Program-made: the position numbers and the translations under genes
Notes under the pieces: model-generated
Told to the model about the DNA's origin: nothing
The model's input: the letters and a program-made list of their open reading frames with translations, nothing else
Database searches by the model: none
Shown here: piece by piece, positions 8,398 through 18,061 of the stretch
How the letters are laid out: the number at the start of each line of letters is the position of its first letter
Numbering within the stretch: the stretch's first letter is position 1
Origin: an uncultured delta proteobacterium
GTDB taxonomy: Bacteria > Desulfobacterota > RBG-13-43-22
Length of the DNA: 64,000 nucleotides
Direction of reading: 5' to 3'
Assembly (NCBI GenBank): GCA_963802945.1
Contig: CAWDKY010000030.1
Span: 160,001 to 224,000, forward strand

Positions 8398-10709
8398 GAA
8401 CCAGCCAGCTCCATGCGATGAAAGTAGGCATTAAAGACAATGAACCCTTCTTCCGAGGGAAGATATTCAACCCAAAACATGACCTGGTATGGTCTGAAAG
8501 AAGCCTTGAAGCGGCCTGATTCAGGGTCATAGAATTTTTCCCCAGTGGTCTCTCCGTGATGAATGACTTTTTGCAGGTCCTCTTCCAGGATACGGCGTTT
8601 ATCCAAAAGATCCTGGACTTCCGGAGCAATTTTCAGCTTTATTTTTTGATGCTCATTTTTTTCCATAGGTTTTTCACCCCAGAGTTCATTGAGTAAGCGG
8701 TCTTTCAGCCGGGATCGATTTTCCTGCCTCTGGGACCACCCGGTTTTTTCCCTGGCAGCCGGATCGGGAATCAGGGGATCAGGGAAGAGCAGGTCTAGAA
8801 GATGCAGGGCTCGTTTGCCGGCCGAGGCCAGACTATCCCGGCACATGGCACAGTAGGCCAGATAATCCCTTTCACTCCTCTGAGCCCTTCGAAGCGCCAC
8901 TTCTCGAGCCAAGGGCGGATTGGCATTTAGCATCAGCCCGCCAAAGCCGCAACATTCGGTCAATTCCCGGCTTAGCTTCAATTCCTCCACAGGAACCGCC
9001 AATCGATGCAGCAATCGGCGAACCGCGGCCTGGACCTCCGGTTCTAATCTGGTAGTACAGGGATCGTGAACGGCCAGGGTCTCACGGACAATGCCCGGAG
9101 ACGGGAGGGAGTCACCGTTTTCCTCCAGTACCTGCCAGAGGGAGATCACCGGAATCTCAGACAAATGTTCCTTGAATAGGCGTAGACAGGTAGAACAGGC
9201 CAGGATCAGCCTCGGTTCCCCCAGGCTGCGCCATTGCTCCCTAATGCCTTCCAGTTCATTGGCGAACTGTTCCTGACAACCGGCCCAATAAGCCGGGGCC
9301 GCACAGCAGCCGAGAATCAATCCCACTCCTTCGGAAAGGACGGAGCGCAGATGAGCATAAACCGCCGTGACCTTATCCGGTGCGGAGCCGCAGAGCTGGC
9401 AGCCAGGGAAAAAGGCCTGGGCACTGCCCGATCGGCCGGGCTCATGTCGGGCCAGGGCAAAGCGTTCGCTTTGGCTAAAGGCCATATCCAAGAGGGCGAA
9501 CTCATGGGCCGACGACGGCATCTTTCCCCGTCGAACCATACTCTGACGGGTTTGAAGGCAAAGATCCTGCATGGCAAATGCTTCCGGGCAAACCGTTTCA
9601 CAAAGTCCGCAAAGGCTGCAGGAGTTGATCAGCTTATTAGCCTGGTGCGAACCAAGGACGATGGATTCGTTATTATAAATTTCCCGGGTGTATTTTTTAG
9701 GGTAGGATCCGAAGCGTTCCAGGTAAACACAGACCTTGACACATTCCAGGCATTGGCACTGAAGACAGCGCCCAGCTTCCTTCTGGGCCTCTTCGTCGGA
9801 ATAACCCTGGAGCGGGTCGGCCATCTTCACAGCCGGGAGGGACGTCACTTCGGCCAGGCTGGTGAATAGGCGCGTCGGGACAGGACCTTCCTTTTCCCGA
9901 CTTGCTGTTAAAGACACCTTTTGCAGAAATCGGTCTATAGAATTGGCCGCCCAACGACCCTCGGCCGCCTGCCAAACAGGCGAGATTGTTCCATGGCGCG
10001 AAAGACCTCCGGCAAAAATCCCTTCCCTGCTGGTCCTTTGTATTTTAGCCTCGACCCGGATCCGGCCGTTCGAACCCTCTTCGAGATTCCAAAGACCGCC
10101 GGGAAAGCCATCCAGGCCCAGGTAAACGGCATCGAAAGCCTCAAGGCATCGTTCCAAAAAATCAGGTTCGTTGACTTGGGCTTGGAGTTCGACTTCCATA
10201 CCGAGTTCGATGAGAAGGGCCGTTTCTTCTTCAATCACTTCCCGGGGAAGTAAAGCCGGAAAGTGTTCCCGCAAAGGCTCTCCCAGGGCCTTCCCCGGTT
10301 CGAAAATCCGAACGATGTATCCCTTGCGAAGGCAATCCCAGGCCGCGGTCAGACTGCTCAGTCCGCTGCCTACCACAGCGATCCGTTTGCCTTTGATCGG
10401 CAGCAATACCATTCGTTGGGAGGCTGTTTTCTGCCGGACACAGGCCTTTTCAAGAGCTCCAATGCGAATAGCCTCCCCAGCCTCTTGTCGTTTGCAGCGC
10501 TCCTCACAGGGGGCGTCACAGATGCGCCCTAAAATATTTGGTAAGGGCATGGTCTTGCGCAGAACCTTCAAAGACTCGCTTAAGTTACCTCGGGCCATTT
10601 GTCCGATAAAAGACCGAACGTCGATGTGCAGGGGGCAGGCGGCTGTGCATTCCGGAGGATTTTCCTGGATGCATTGATTTTCCAGCCGATGCAGCTCCTG
10701 TTGCTCCAC
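8394..10709 (-). CDS. Pyridine nucleotide-disulfide oxidoreductase / Fe-S dicluster / CCG-domain protein (DVU_1558-type)
   Basis: PECTAACP, GRICDAPC, VGSGLSSL, CSLCGLCETVCP, FFPGCQL, HDPCT, CCGFGG. Confidence 0.88.
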   Translation of the reverse strand: MEQQELHRLENQCIQENPPECTAACPLHIDVRSFIGQMARGNLSESLKVLRKTMPLPNILGRICDAPCEERCKRQEAGEAIRIGALEKACVRQKTASQRMVLLPIKGKRIAVVGSGLSSLTAAWDCLRKGYIVRIFEPGKALGEPLREHFPALLPREVIEEETALLIELGMEVELQAQVNEPDFLERCLEAFDAVYLGLDGFPGGLWNLEEGSNGRIRVEAKIQRTSREGIFAGGLSRHGTISPVWQAAEGRWAANSIDRFLQKVSLTASREKEGPVPTRLFTSLAEVTSLPAVKMADPLQGYSDEEAQKEAGRCLQCQCLECVKVCVYLERFGSYPKKYTREIYNNESIVLGSHQANKLINSCSLCGLCETVCPEAFAMQDLCLQTRQSMVRRGKMPSSAHEFALLDMAFSQSERFALARHEPGRSGSAQAFFPGCQLCGSAPDKVTAVYAHLRSVLSEGVGLILGCCAAPAYWAGCQEQFANELEGIREQWRSLGEPRLILACSTCLRLFKEHLSEIPVISLWQVLEENGDSLPSPGIVRETLAVHDPCTTRLEPEVQAAVRRLLHRLAVPVEELKLSRELTECCGFGGLMLNANPPLAREVALRRAQRSERDYLAYCAMCRDSLASAGKRALHLLDLLFPDPLIPDPAAREKTGWSQRQENRSRLKDRLLNELWGEKPMEKNEHQKIKLKIAPEVQDLLDKRRILEEDLQKVIHHGETTGEKFYDPESGRFKASFRPYQVMFWVEYLPSEEGFIVFNAYFHRMELAGS

Positions 10710-10812
10710 GATAAGGCCCTTACGTACTACCGACTTACTGATGGATTGTTTTCAAACTAGGCGTTCATACCCAAAGGGGCGCCACGAAACATGAAAAAGG
10801 ATTAAAGGGGTC

Positions 10813-10847
10813 AAGGGGCCGAGAATTGGATCCTCGGCCCCTTTTTT
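10813..10847. terminator. GC-rich hairpin between mop and the next gene
   Basis: AAGGGGCCGAG-N9-CTCGGCCCCTT followed by T-run on + strand; only a weak U-tail in the mop direction. Confidence 0.5.
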
Positions 10848-10884
10848 CGATCTAAGTTCTCAAGCCCCTGCTGGCGATTCTATT

Positions 10885-13614
10885 TTACTTCTTGGCCTTC
10901 AATCCGGCCAGGACCTTTTCCGGCAGGGCCGGCAGATGCCTGATTCGTACCCCCGTAGTATTGGCAATGGCATTGATGACCGCCACATGGGAAGAGGTCA
11001 AGGGCAATTCGCCTACACCGGCGGCCCCAAAGGGTCCGTTGGGACGTGGCGTCTCAAAATAATAAATGTCGAACTTATCGGGAATGTCCTTGGCATAGGG
11101 CAATCCGCAGGCGTGGAGGGAGGTATGTTTTTTCAGATCCTCAAAGTCTTCGGAAAGAGCCAGCCCGATACCTTGAGCCACTCCGCCGTAGATCTGCCCG
11201 TCCACCACCAGTTTGTTGTTGATCTTGCCCACATCGGCCATAACGGTAAATCCCTCCACAGTCGTTTTCCCTGTTTTGGTATTGACCGCTATTTCGGCCA
11301 TGAAAAGGCCGTACATATAAACCGAAAAAGGAGAGCCCTGAGAGGTTTCCAGGGAGCAGTTGGAGGCCATGGAAGCCGTCCAAGCGCCGGAGTAACTGAT
11401 GGGTATCTTTTCCGCCACCATCTCCTGGTAGGTACGATAAGTACCGTCCGGCTTGCGCATGGCGGCCAGCAACATTTCACAACCGTTCTTAATGGCATTT
11501 CCAGTCATCACTTGAGATCGACTTCCCCCGGCAGGACCGCTGTTGGGTGTCAGGGCCGTATCGTTCATGACCAGGCGGATTTGCTCCGGAGCCAGCCCCA
11601 GAGGCCTTAAGGCCTTGTGGGCCGTGCCCAGGCTGCCTGCATCAGCGCCCTGTCCGTGGTCTTCCCAGGTATTAAAGAGCGTCACAGTGTTGTCCGGATT
11701 CAACTCCACCCGGACCTCCGAGGCGTCCGGCCCATCCAGACCGCAGCCGTAAATCCCCAGGGAAATCCCTACGCCTTTCTTAATATCCCCGGTAGATCCT
11801 GACTTAGCCTTCTTCTTGGCCTCCTGGTATAAGGGTCGTAGTTTGTCGACCATCTCGGTAAAGCTGAAAACTTCGGGCGTCTGCCCGGTTGGGGTAGTGT
11901 CACCGGGCCGATAAACATTGCGGGCCCGCAATTCTAGAGGATCTTCCCCCATCTTGGCCGCCAGCTCATCCATCAGGCTTTCGCCGGCCAAAAAGGCCTG
12001 TGGCGAGCCGTAGGCCCGGAAGGCCGAGCCCCAGGCGTGGTTGGTGCAGACGGTTCTCCCCTCGCCGCGGATATTGGGAATGCCGTAACCGGCGCCCATG
12101 AACTGGGCCCCGCGCAGAGTCAGCAGATCTCCAAATTCCGAATAGGGACCGTGATCGACGCTCCAATCGTTTTCCATGGCCAGGAGTTTCCCGTTTTTAT
12201 CGGCCCCGTATTTAATCTTCATCCAGAAGGGGGAACGCTTGCCGGTGTAAGTGATGTGCTGATGGTAATTGTAGCGGAGGAAGACCGGACGGTTGGTGGC
12301 CATACAGGCCACCCCGAGCAGGGCCTCCATAGTGGGGCTGAATTTGTAGCCGAAGGTACCTCCGGCGGGGTTTTGGATCAGACGCAATTTCTCCGGTTCG
12401 ATGCCCAGCCCCGCGGTAATCATGGCGTGATGGAGAAAAATGCCGATGCTTTTGGAATGGATGGTCAACCGTCCTTCCTCATCAAAATAGGCCAGGCCTA
12501 CATCCGTTTCCATGGTCAGATGGGGCTGCCGCTGCAGATAGTATTCCCCTTCCACCACATGAGCCGCCGATTTCATAATCGGTGCCGTATCCTGTCCCTT
12601 GATAATAGGAAGCTTAAAATAGACATTCGGTGTGCCGGGATGGATTTCCAGGGCGTCCTCGGCCATGGCCGCCGGAGCACTCATATAAGCCGGCAGTTCC
12701 TCTAAGTCGACCTTAACCTTTTCAGCCGCTGCCTCAGCCATGGCTTGCGTATCGGCACAGACGATGGCCAGGGCATCCCCATACTGATACACCTTGCTGT
12801 CGCAAAGGATCGGGCGATCCCAGCCGTCACCGGCATTGGTCGGAAAGGTGATCAGACCGGTGATCCGGTTCTTGCCTTTCACATCCTTGTGGGTAACCAC
12901 CTTAAAGACCCCGGGCATTTTTTCGGCCTCCGAGGTATCAATGCTCTTGATATTAGCGTGGGAGACTTTGGCCTGAACCAGGGCCAAATGGAGGGTGCCC
13001 GCCGGCATCTTAGTCCCCAGGTCACCGCCGTAATCGAGGGTACCGGTCACCTTGGCTACGGCCGAGGGTCTCGGATACTTGCTGCCCCAGATCTCGCCAT
13101 CGGCCGGCATCTTGAACAGGAGCGCTTCGACCTTCATTTCACCCCGCATCACCTTGGCTGCATCCATGACGGCATCTACCAAAGGTTTGTAGCCCGTACA
13201 GCGGCAGGCATTGCGGTGCGTGTTAAACCAATCCCTGACCTGGTCTCGGGAGGGATTTGGATTTTCCGCCAGTAGGGCCTTGGTCGAAACGATAAACCCA
13301 GGCGAACAGAACCCACATTGGGCGCCGCCATGGATGATCCAGGCCAACTGGATGGGATGAAGGTTCCCTGGTGTTCCGATCCCTTCAATAGTGGTAACGG
13401 AAGCCCCTTCGGGAACTTTGGACATCTTGGTCACGCAGGAGCGGACCAGTTTATTATCGAGGACCACACTACAGCATCCGCACTGGGCCTGGTTGCAGCC
13501 GATTTTGGTGCCGGTCAATCCTAACTGGTTGCGCAAAACATCGGCCAATGATTCATCGGCCGGAACGATAACCATTCGATTGACACCGTTGACGTTTATT
13601 GTTTTCTTAATCAT
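10885..13614 (-). CDS. mop: Molybdopterin-dependent aldehyde oxidoreductase (Mop, xanthine oxidase family)
   Basis: N-terminal 2x[2Fe-2S] (GCNQAQCGCC, QCGFC, CRCTGY), GGTFGYK, AFRAYGSPQ, GVGELP; 909 aa. Confidence 0.95.
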   Translation of the reverse strand: MIKKTINVNGVNRMVIVPADESLADVLRNQLGLTGTKIGCNQAQCGCCSVVLDNKLVRSCVTKMSKVPEGASVTTIEGIGTPGNLHPIQLAWIIHGGAQCGFCSPGFIVSTKALLAENPNPSRDQVRDWFNTHRNACRCTGYKPLVDAVMDAAKVMRGEMKVEALLFKMPADGEIWGSKYPRPSAVAKVTGTLDYGGDLGTKMPAGTLHLALVQAKVSHANIKSIDTSEAEKMPGVFKVVTHKDVKGKNRITGLITFPTNAGDGWDRPILCDSKVYQYGDALAIVCADTQAMAEAAAEKVKVDLEELPAYMSAPAAMAEDALEIHPGTPNVYFKLPIIKGQDTAPIMKSAAHVVEGEYYLQRQPHLTMETDVGLAYFDEEGRLTIHSKSIGIFLHHAMITAGLGIEPEKLRLIQNPAGGTFGYKFSPTMEALLGVACMATNRPVFLRYNYHQHITYTGKRSPFWMKIKYGADKNGKLLAMENDWSVDHGPYSEFGDLLTLRGAQFMGAGYGIPNIRGEGRTVCTNHAWGSAFRAYGSPQAFLAGESLMDELAAKMGEDPLELRARNVYRPGDTTPTGQTPEVFSFTEMVDKLRPLYQEAKKKAKSGSTGDIKKGVGISLGIYGCGLDGPDASEVRVELNPDNTVTLFNTWEDHGQGADAGSLGTAHKALRPLGLAPEQIRLVMNDTALTPNSGPAGGSRSQVMTGNAIKNGCEMLLAAMRKPDGTYRTYQEMVAEKIPISYSGAWTASMASNCSLETSQGSPFSVYMYGLFMAEIAVNTKTGKTTVEGFTVMADVGKINNKLVVDGQIYGGVAQGIGLALSEDFEDLKKHTSLHACGLPYAKDIPDKFDIYYFETPRPNGPFGAAGVGELPLTSSHVAVINAIANTTGVRIRHLPALPEKVLAGLKAKK

Positions 13615-13905
13615 ACCGTCTTCCCCCTTTCATGTTATGGCCTGTGGTTAAAATTTACATTAACCGCTCAGTATATTTCGAACCTCGTTTATCCGGCCCG
13701 GAACCCATCCTGACCTCTTTTGTTCCTGTTTGTCTTTCAACCGCCTTCCCTCAAAGACGGGGATAATCGAAGTTGAATAAAATCTGCTTTATTTTTTCAT
13801 AGAATGACCAAATTGTCAAAAAAAATCCGAGTTTATTTCTAACAGAAGCAGGTATTATTTCAATTAGGTAACCGGTTTAAATAATTAGGTTTGAACTTTG
13901 TAACT

Positions 13906-13929
13906 TTATGTGTTATTTTTAACATATAA
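13906..13929. promoter_or_regulatory. 24-bp palindromic operator in the mop/fmdE divergent region
   Basis: TTATGTGTTATTTTTAACATATAA; overlaps the -10 of TTGAAC-N17-TATTTT; matches the modA box. Confidence 0.7.
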
Positions 13930-14000
13930 AATATCCTTATAGGACAAACGGTTGTGAAAAACTACATCCGGCGATTTAAAGAAAAGGAGCCTTTTTATTC

Positions 14001-14594
14001 ATGAACATTGGTACCTATTCCTATGAAGAGTATCTCCACCTGGTTGAATCCTTTCATGGCAGTCTGGCACCAGGACTGATCATCGGCGGTTTCATGGTTG
14101 ATCTGGCGCTGAAGCATTTGCCCGAGGGCGAATTCTTTGATGCGGTCTGCGAAACCCCGGCCTGCCTTCCCGATGCCGTGCAGATCCTAACCCCGTGTAC
14201 CATCGGCAACGGCTGGCTGACGGTATTGAATTTGGGAAGATTTGCGGTGACCTTTTATGAAAAATACGGCGGAGCGGGCGTTCGGGTTTATTTAGACGCA
14301 AAAAAACTGGAAGACTGGCCCGAGGTGCGGGATTGGTATCTCAAACGAAGGAAAAAGCAAAACCAAAACACCGAACGGCTGATGGCCCAGATCAAGGAAG
14401 CGGGACATGCTCTGCTAAGCCTACAGCGGGTCCGCATTGAACCGGAAAAGATCAGGAGAAAAAATAAGGGGTCGATCGGAATATGCCCAAGGTGTGCAGA
14501 AGCCTATCCGCTCAAAGATGGTGAAAGCTGCCGAAACTGTCAGGGAGAGACGCCTTATAAAGAAGTCCCCGTCATCACAACACCAACATATTAA
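14001..14594 (+). CDS. FmdE family protein with C-terminal Zn finger
   Basis: FHGSLAPG, CETPACLPDAVQILTPCTIGNG, CPRCAEAYP..CRNC. Confidence 0.9.
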   Translation: MNIGTYSYEEYLHLVESFHGSLAPGLIIGGFMVDLALKHLPEGEFFDAVCETPACLPDAVQILTPCTIGNGWLTVLNLGRFAVTFYEKYGGAGVRVYLDAKKLEDWPEVRDWYLKRRKKQNQNTERLMAQIKEAGHALLSLQRVRIEPEKIRRKNKGSIGICPRCAEAYPLKDGESCRNCQGETPYKEVPVITTPTY

Positions 14595-14607
14595 GAAGGA
14601 AAAAGGA

Positions 14608-14688
14608 CTCGAGGATTCCAGGATTCGAGGGTTCAAGGGTTTTTACTTCCATGCCTTTTATGTGAATCCTTGACCCCTTGAATCCTTC
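14608..14688. repeat. Inverted pair of degenerate octamer arrays (GGATTCGA / CCTTGAAT family)
   Basis: gaggattccaggattcgagggttcaaggg ... gaatccttgaccccttgaatcc between convergent fmdE and fdhD. Confidence 0.7.
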
Positions 14689-14725
14689 GATCATCGCCAA
14701 CCCTTTTGGAGATGATCCATAACTA

Positions 14726-15526
14726 TTAAACTAATCGTTCCGGATGGGTGTAAATAAAGCCGCCGTTCTCCCGCGCATATCCCAAAAGGGTTACATTGTG
14801 CTGATCGGCCAGCCTCACAGCGGCAGTAGTAGGTGTGGATCTGGATACCAAAACCGGGACGCCGATCCTGATAATCTTGGCCATGATTTCGGAAGAAATC
14901 CTTCCGGATACAAAAACAATCCCTCGGCTGAACAAATCGAACCTGTCCTCTTTCAACAGAATGCCGGCCATTTTATCAAAGCAGTTATGCCTGCCAATGT
15001 CTTCAGTCAGGCGTTCATACTCCGGAGTATATAACCATACGCTGTGTACTCCCCCTATGTTTTTGAACAATTCTGATTTTGATAAAAAATCCCTCATCAA
15101 ACCCAAGATGGACTCAATGGAAAAAGTTTCCTCGCTTTGCATGGTTATATTTTGGCTTTGTTTTTCGGGACTGATATCGGTATAAGATTTGCCGCCACCG
15201 GAAGTAATACTTTTCAAACTTCCTCGTCGGTCAACAGTGATGCCCTCTCTAAGTTTGATAATAACAGCCACCAGTTTTTCGTTAAAAGAAATTGTTTCCA
15301 CATCAGCCAGGGTATTAATGATCCCCTCGTTATAAAGGAAACCCAGAGCCAGTTCCTCCTGGAGTTGATTCAGACAAAGAATAGAAACTAGTTCTGAATC
15401 ATTAACCGTGATTTTCAACGATATTTCACCAATCACCTTTTTACTGATTTCCTGAAGTCGGCAGCCGATTTCATCTCTGATGATTTCATCTACGGCCATT
15501 TCTTCATAGATCACATCTTCCGACAT
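14726..15526 (-). CDS. fdhD: Formate dehydrogenase accessory sulfurtransferase FdhD
   Basis: ELALGFLYNEG, GGVHS, EDIGRHN, SGRISSE, SRSTPT. Confidence 0.9.
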   Translation of the reverse strand: MSEDVIYEEMAVDEIIRDEIGCRLQEISKKVIGEISLKITVNDSELVSILCLNQLQEELALGFLYNEGIINTLADVETISFNEKLVAVIIKLREGITVDRRGSLKSITSGGGKSYTDISPEKQSQNITMQSEETFSIESILGLMRDFLSKSELFKNIGGVHSVWLYTPEYERLTEDIGRHNCFDKMAGILLKEDRFDLFSRGIVFVSGRISSEIMAKIIRIGVPVLVSRSTPTTAAVRLADQHNVTLLGYARENGGFIYTHPERLV

Positions 15527-15802
15527 AACGGCCCTTTCTTGGCTCGCCTCTGTGAGTGAGAGTGACGTTGCTACTCTTGTCTGATATGATTTTTTTAGGA
15601 TGGAATAAGTATAAAAGAAGGCCCTTAAGGGGTCAAGGAAAAACAGGGGGTAATAACAGGGATGAAGGATGTCGGTAGTTTGGCGAAGGGATATTCAGGT
15701 CGGATCGATTATTCTTGCTCTTTTGAATAGTTTTTGCTAAATTTTATCATCCCTCGGATTGAAGCTTCTCCGGGGGTAGTTTGTTTGAAAGGAAACGCCG
15801 AC

Positions 15803-16276
15803 ATGGATCGGACACCAATTACTAAGGAAGGTCTGGAGAGACTTCGGGAAGAATTAAAACGGCTGGAAAGGGAAGATAGGCCCGCTGTTATCAAGGCCAT
15901 TGCCGAAGCCCGATCTCAAGGAGACATTTCGGAAAATGCCGAGTATCAAGCGGCCAAGGAACGCCAGTCCTTTATTGAAGGCCGGATCATGGAACTTCAC
16001 ACCAAGATCGCCAGCTCTGAAATCATTGATGTTTCCGATTTGCCCGAAGACCGGGTCGTCTTCGGCACCACCGTCCTTTTGAACGACTTAGATACCGGGG
16101 ATGAATTTAAAATCAGACTGGTTGGTCCCGATGAATCCAATGTGGATGATGGAGACATCTCCGTCCTTTCCCCATTAGGTAGGGCCTTGATAGGAAAAGA
16201 ACCGGGCGATGAAATTCAAGTCAAAACCCCAGGGGGCCTGCGGCTTCTGGAGATTATCAATATAAACATTACCTAA
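15803..16276 (+). CDS. greA: Transcription elongation factor GreA
   Basis: ARSQGDISENAEY, ISVLSPLGRALIGK; start set at MDRTPIT. Confidence 0.96.
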   Translation: MDRTPITKEGLERLREELKRLEREDRPAVIKAIAEARSQGDISENAEYQAAKERQSFIEGRIMELHTKIASSEIIDVSDLPEDRVVFGTTVLLNDLDTGDEFKIRLVGPDESNVDDGDISVLSPLGRALIGKEPGDEIQVKTPGGLRLLEIININIT

Positions 16277-16341
16277 AAAAACAAGCCGTACGTTGCAACG
16301 ACAAAATGTGAAACTCAATTCCGCGAAATGCGGAACAGAAG

Positions 16342-16362
16342 GACTTTTTACCAAGCCGTCAA
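16342..16362. repeat. MITE-like terminal repeat remnant
   Basis: GACTTTTTACCAAGCCGTCAA resembles the right end of the element at 46673-46804. Confidence 0.4.
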
Positions 16363-16383
16363 ATTTTTAAAACAAGGCCAAGT

Positions 16384-17268
16384 ATGTTTACTCACCAATA
16401 CGCCCTATTGAATGATGTCCGACTCCATTATGTCTCTTCGGGGAAGGGAAAATTAATCCTCTTCATTCATGGATTCCCTGAATTTTGGTACGAATGGAAG
16501 GACCAGCTTGTCGAATTTGGGCAGGACTATCAGGCCGTGGCCCTTGACATGCGGGGCTACAACCTTTCCTCAAAACCTGAAAATGTGGAACAATACCAGA
16601 TGAAATACCTGGTGGAAGACCTGCGGGCCCTGGCCGAGCATCTCGGTCACAAGAAATTCATCCTGGTCGGCCATGACTGGGGCGGCGCGGTGGCCTGGGC
16701 CTTTTCCCTGGTTTACCCGGAGCTGCTGGAAAAGCTGATTATCATAAACGCACCGCACCCGGCTGTGTTTGAACGGGAGTTGCGTCAAAACCCGGCACAA
16801 CAGCAGGCCAGCCAATACATGCTGATGTTCCGCAGTCCCAAGGCTGAAGATATACTTTCAGCCGATAATTATTCCGAACTTTACAAAACGGTTTTGGAAG
16901 AAGGTCTGAAACAAGGTCATTTCACTGAGGAAGATCGTCGGGCTTACCTCGAAGCCTGGTCTCAGCCGGGCGCCCTTACGGGAGGGCTTAATTATTATCG
17001 GGCAAGTCGAGTGGCCCCTGCTTCCATAAAAGACGGCCAATCTTCAGAGAAGCCGGCGACGGATCCGTCCAGGTTCATCGTAAAAACCCCCACCCTGGTG
17101 ATCTGGGGAGAAAAAGATCAGGCCTTGCTGACCGGCAACCTTCAAGGATTGGAACAGTTCATCCCGGATCTGACGGTTAAACGCATCTCCGACGGCTCAC
17201 ACTGGGTTATCCACGAAAAACCCACCCTGATCAACGCCTATATTAGAGAGTTCATTACCCGCCCATAG
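16384..17268 (+). CDS. Alpha/beta hydrolase, epoxide hydrolase-like
   Basis: HGFPE, DMRGYN, GHDWGG, NYYRA, SHWV. Confidence 0.93.
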   Translation: MFTHQYALLNDVRLHYVSSGKGKLILFIHGFPEFWYEWKDQLVEFGQDYQAVALDMRGYNLSSKPENVEQYQMKYLVEDLRALAEHLGHKKFILVGHDWGGAVAWAFSLVYPELLEKLIIINAPHPAVFERELRQNPAQQQASQYMLMFRSPKAEDILSADNYSELYKTVLEEGLKQGHFTEEDRRAYLEAWSQPGALTGGLNYYRASRVAPASIKDGQSSEKPATDPSRFIVKTPTLVIWGEKDQALLTGNLQGLEQFIPDLTVKRISDGSHWVIHEKPTLINAYIREFITRP

Positions 17269-17401
17269 GGGAGATTTGGTGGATCCTCGAGCCTCCTAAG
17301 TTCTAACTTTAATTTCCTCCATCCGCAAATTGAATGGCTATTGACTTGCTCCAATTTATTTGGAGCACCCTTGCGGATAACATAGATCAAAGGGATCAAC
17401 C

Positions 17402-17962
17402 TTAAGTTTCAGGAAACCCGACCACTTTTTGATCCCGTTGAACACCGGCAGTGTTCAGGAACATGGAGACCAGATTGTACGCCCCTACGGTCATGACTAC
17501 ATCGATCATCTGTTTTTCGGTGTATTTTTTTGACAAGGTATTCCAGGTAGCCTCGGAGATAAAAGTATCGGCCTGAAGCTCATCAGCAGCCTGAAGTAAG
17601 GCCGCATCGAAAGGATCCCATCCCAGAGCCTGGGGACCTTTGGTAATGTCAACAATTTCCTCGGGACTCAGACCCGCCTTATTCCCAATACGTGTGTGCT
17701 GTCCGAACTCATATTCCGATCGGCAAAGCCAGCCGATACGCAAAATAAGTATTTCACGATCTCGCGCCGGAAGCGTGGATTCGTTTAATATATAATCGGC
17801 AAAAGTCTGCCACCGCTTCATCATTACTGGATGACGGGCCATGGTCAGAAAAATGTTATAGATCTTACCGGACTTTCGTCGATAATAGTTTAGGATCGTT
17901 CGTTGTTCCTCACTCCAATCCGATTCGGCCAGAGGTTTCAGCCGAGGTTCTTTAAGCCGCAT
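17402..17962 (-). CDS. Carboxymuconolactone decarboxylase (AhpD-like) family protein
   Basis: RDREILILR..CRSEYEFGQH. Confidence 0.88.
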   Translation of the reverse strand: MRLKEPRLKPLAESDWSEEQRTILNYYRRKSGKIYNIFLTMARHPVMMKRWQTFADYILNESTLPARDREILILRIGWLCRSEYEFGQHTRIGNKAGLSPEEIVDITKGPQALGWDPFDAALLQAADELQADTFISEATWNTLSKKYTEKQMIDVVMTVGAYNLVSMFLNTAGVQRDQKVVGFPET

Positions 17963-18061
17963 ATAATCCTCCTTATTTTTTTTTAGAAATAGTAATTTGT
18001 TCCCAAAAATAAAGTCAAGGAATATTGACTTCGGAAAAATTATTGATTAAGAGATTTTTAC

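Noticed and set aside
13620-13800. Moco/Wco riboswitch in the mop leader
   Set aside because: Only short stems (GTCTTT..AAAGAC) are present, and I could not find the conserved Moco RNA elements. An Infernal scan would settle it.
1-15526. Selenoproteins (in-frame UGA), given selB nearby
   Set aside because: The NuoF, C-GCAxxG and Fe-S proteins read through with Cys codons; I found no UGA at a conserved Cys position.
15734-15802. Extended N-termini from the track (greA, PHP, hydrolase 29887, lipoprotein 32590, sedolisin 51265, C-GCAxxG 8228)
   Set aside because: Downstream starts have better RBS, signal-peptide or family-length support, or avoid overlap with neighbours.
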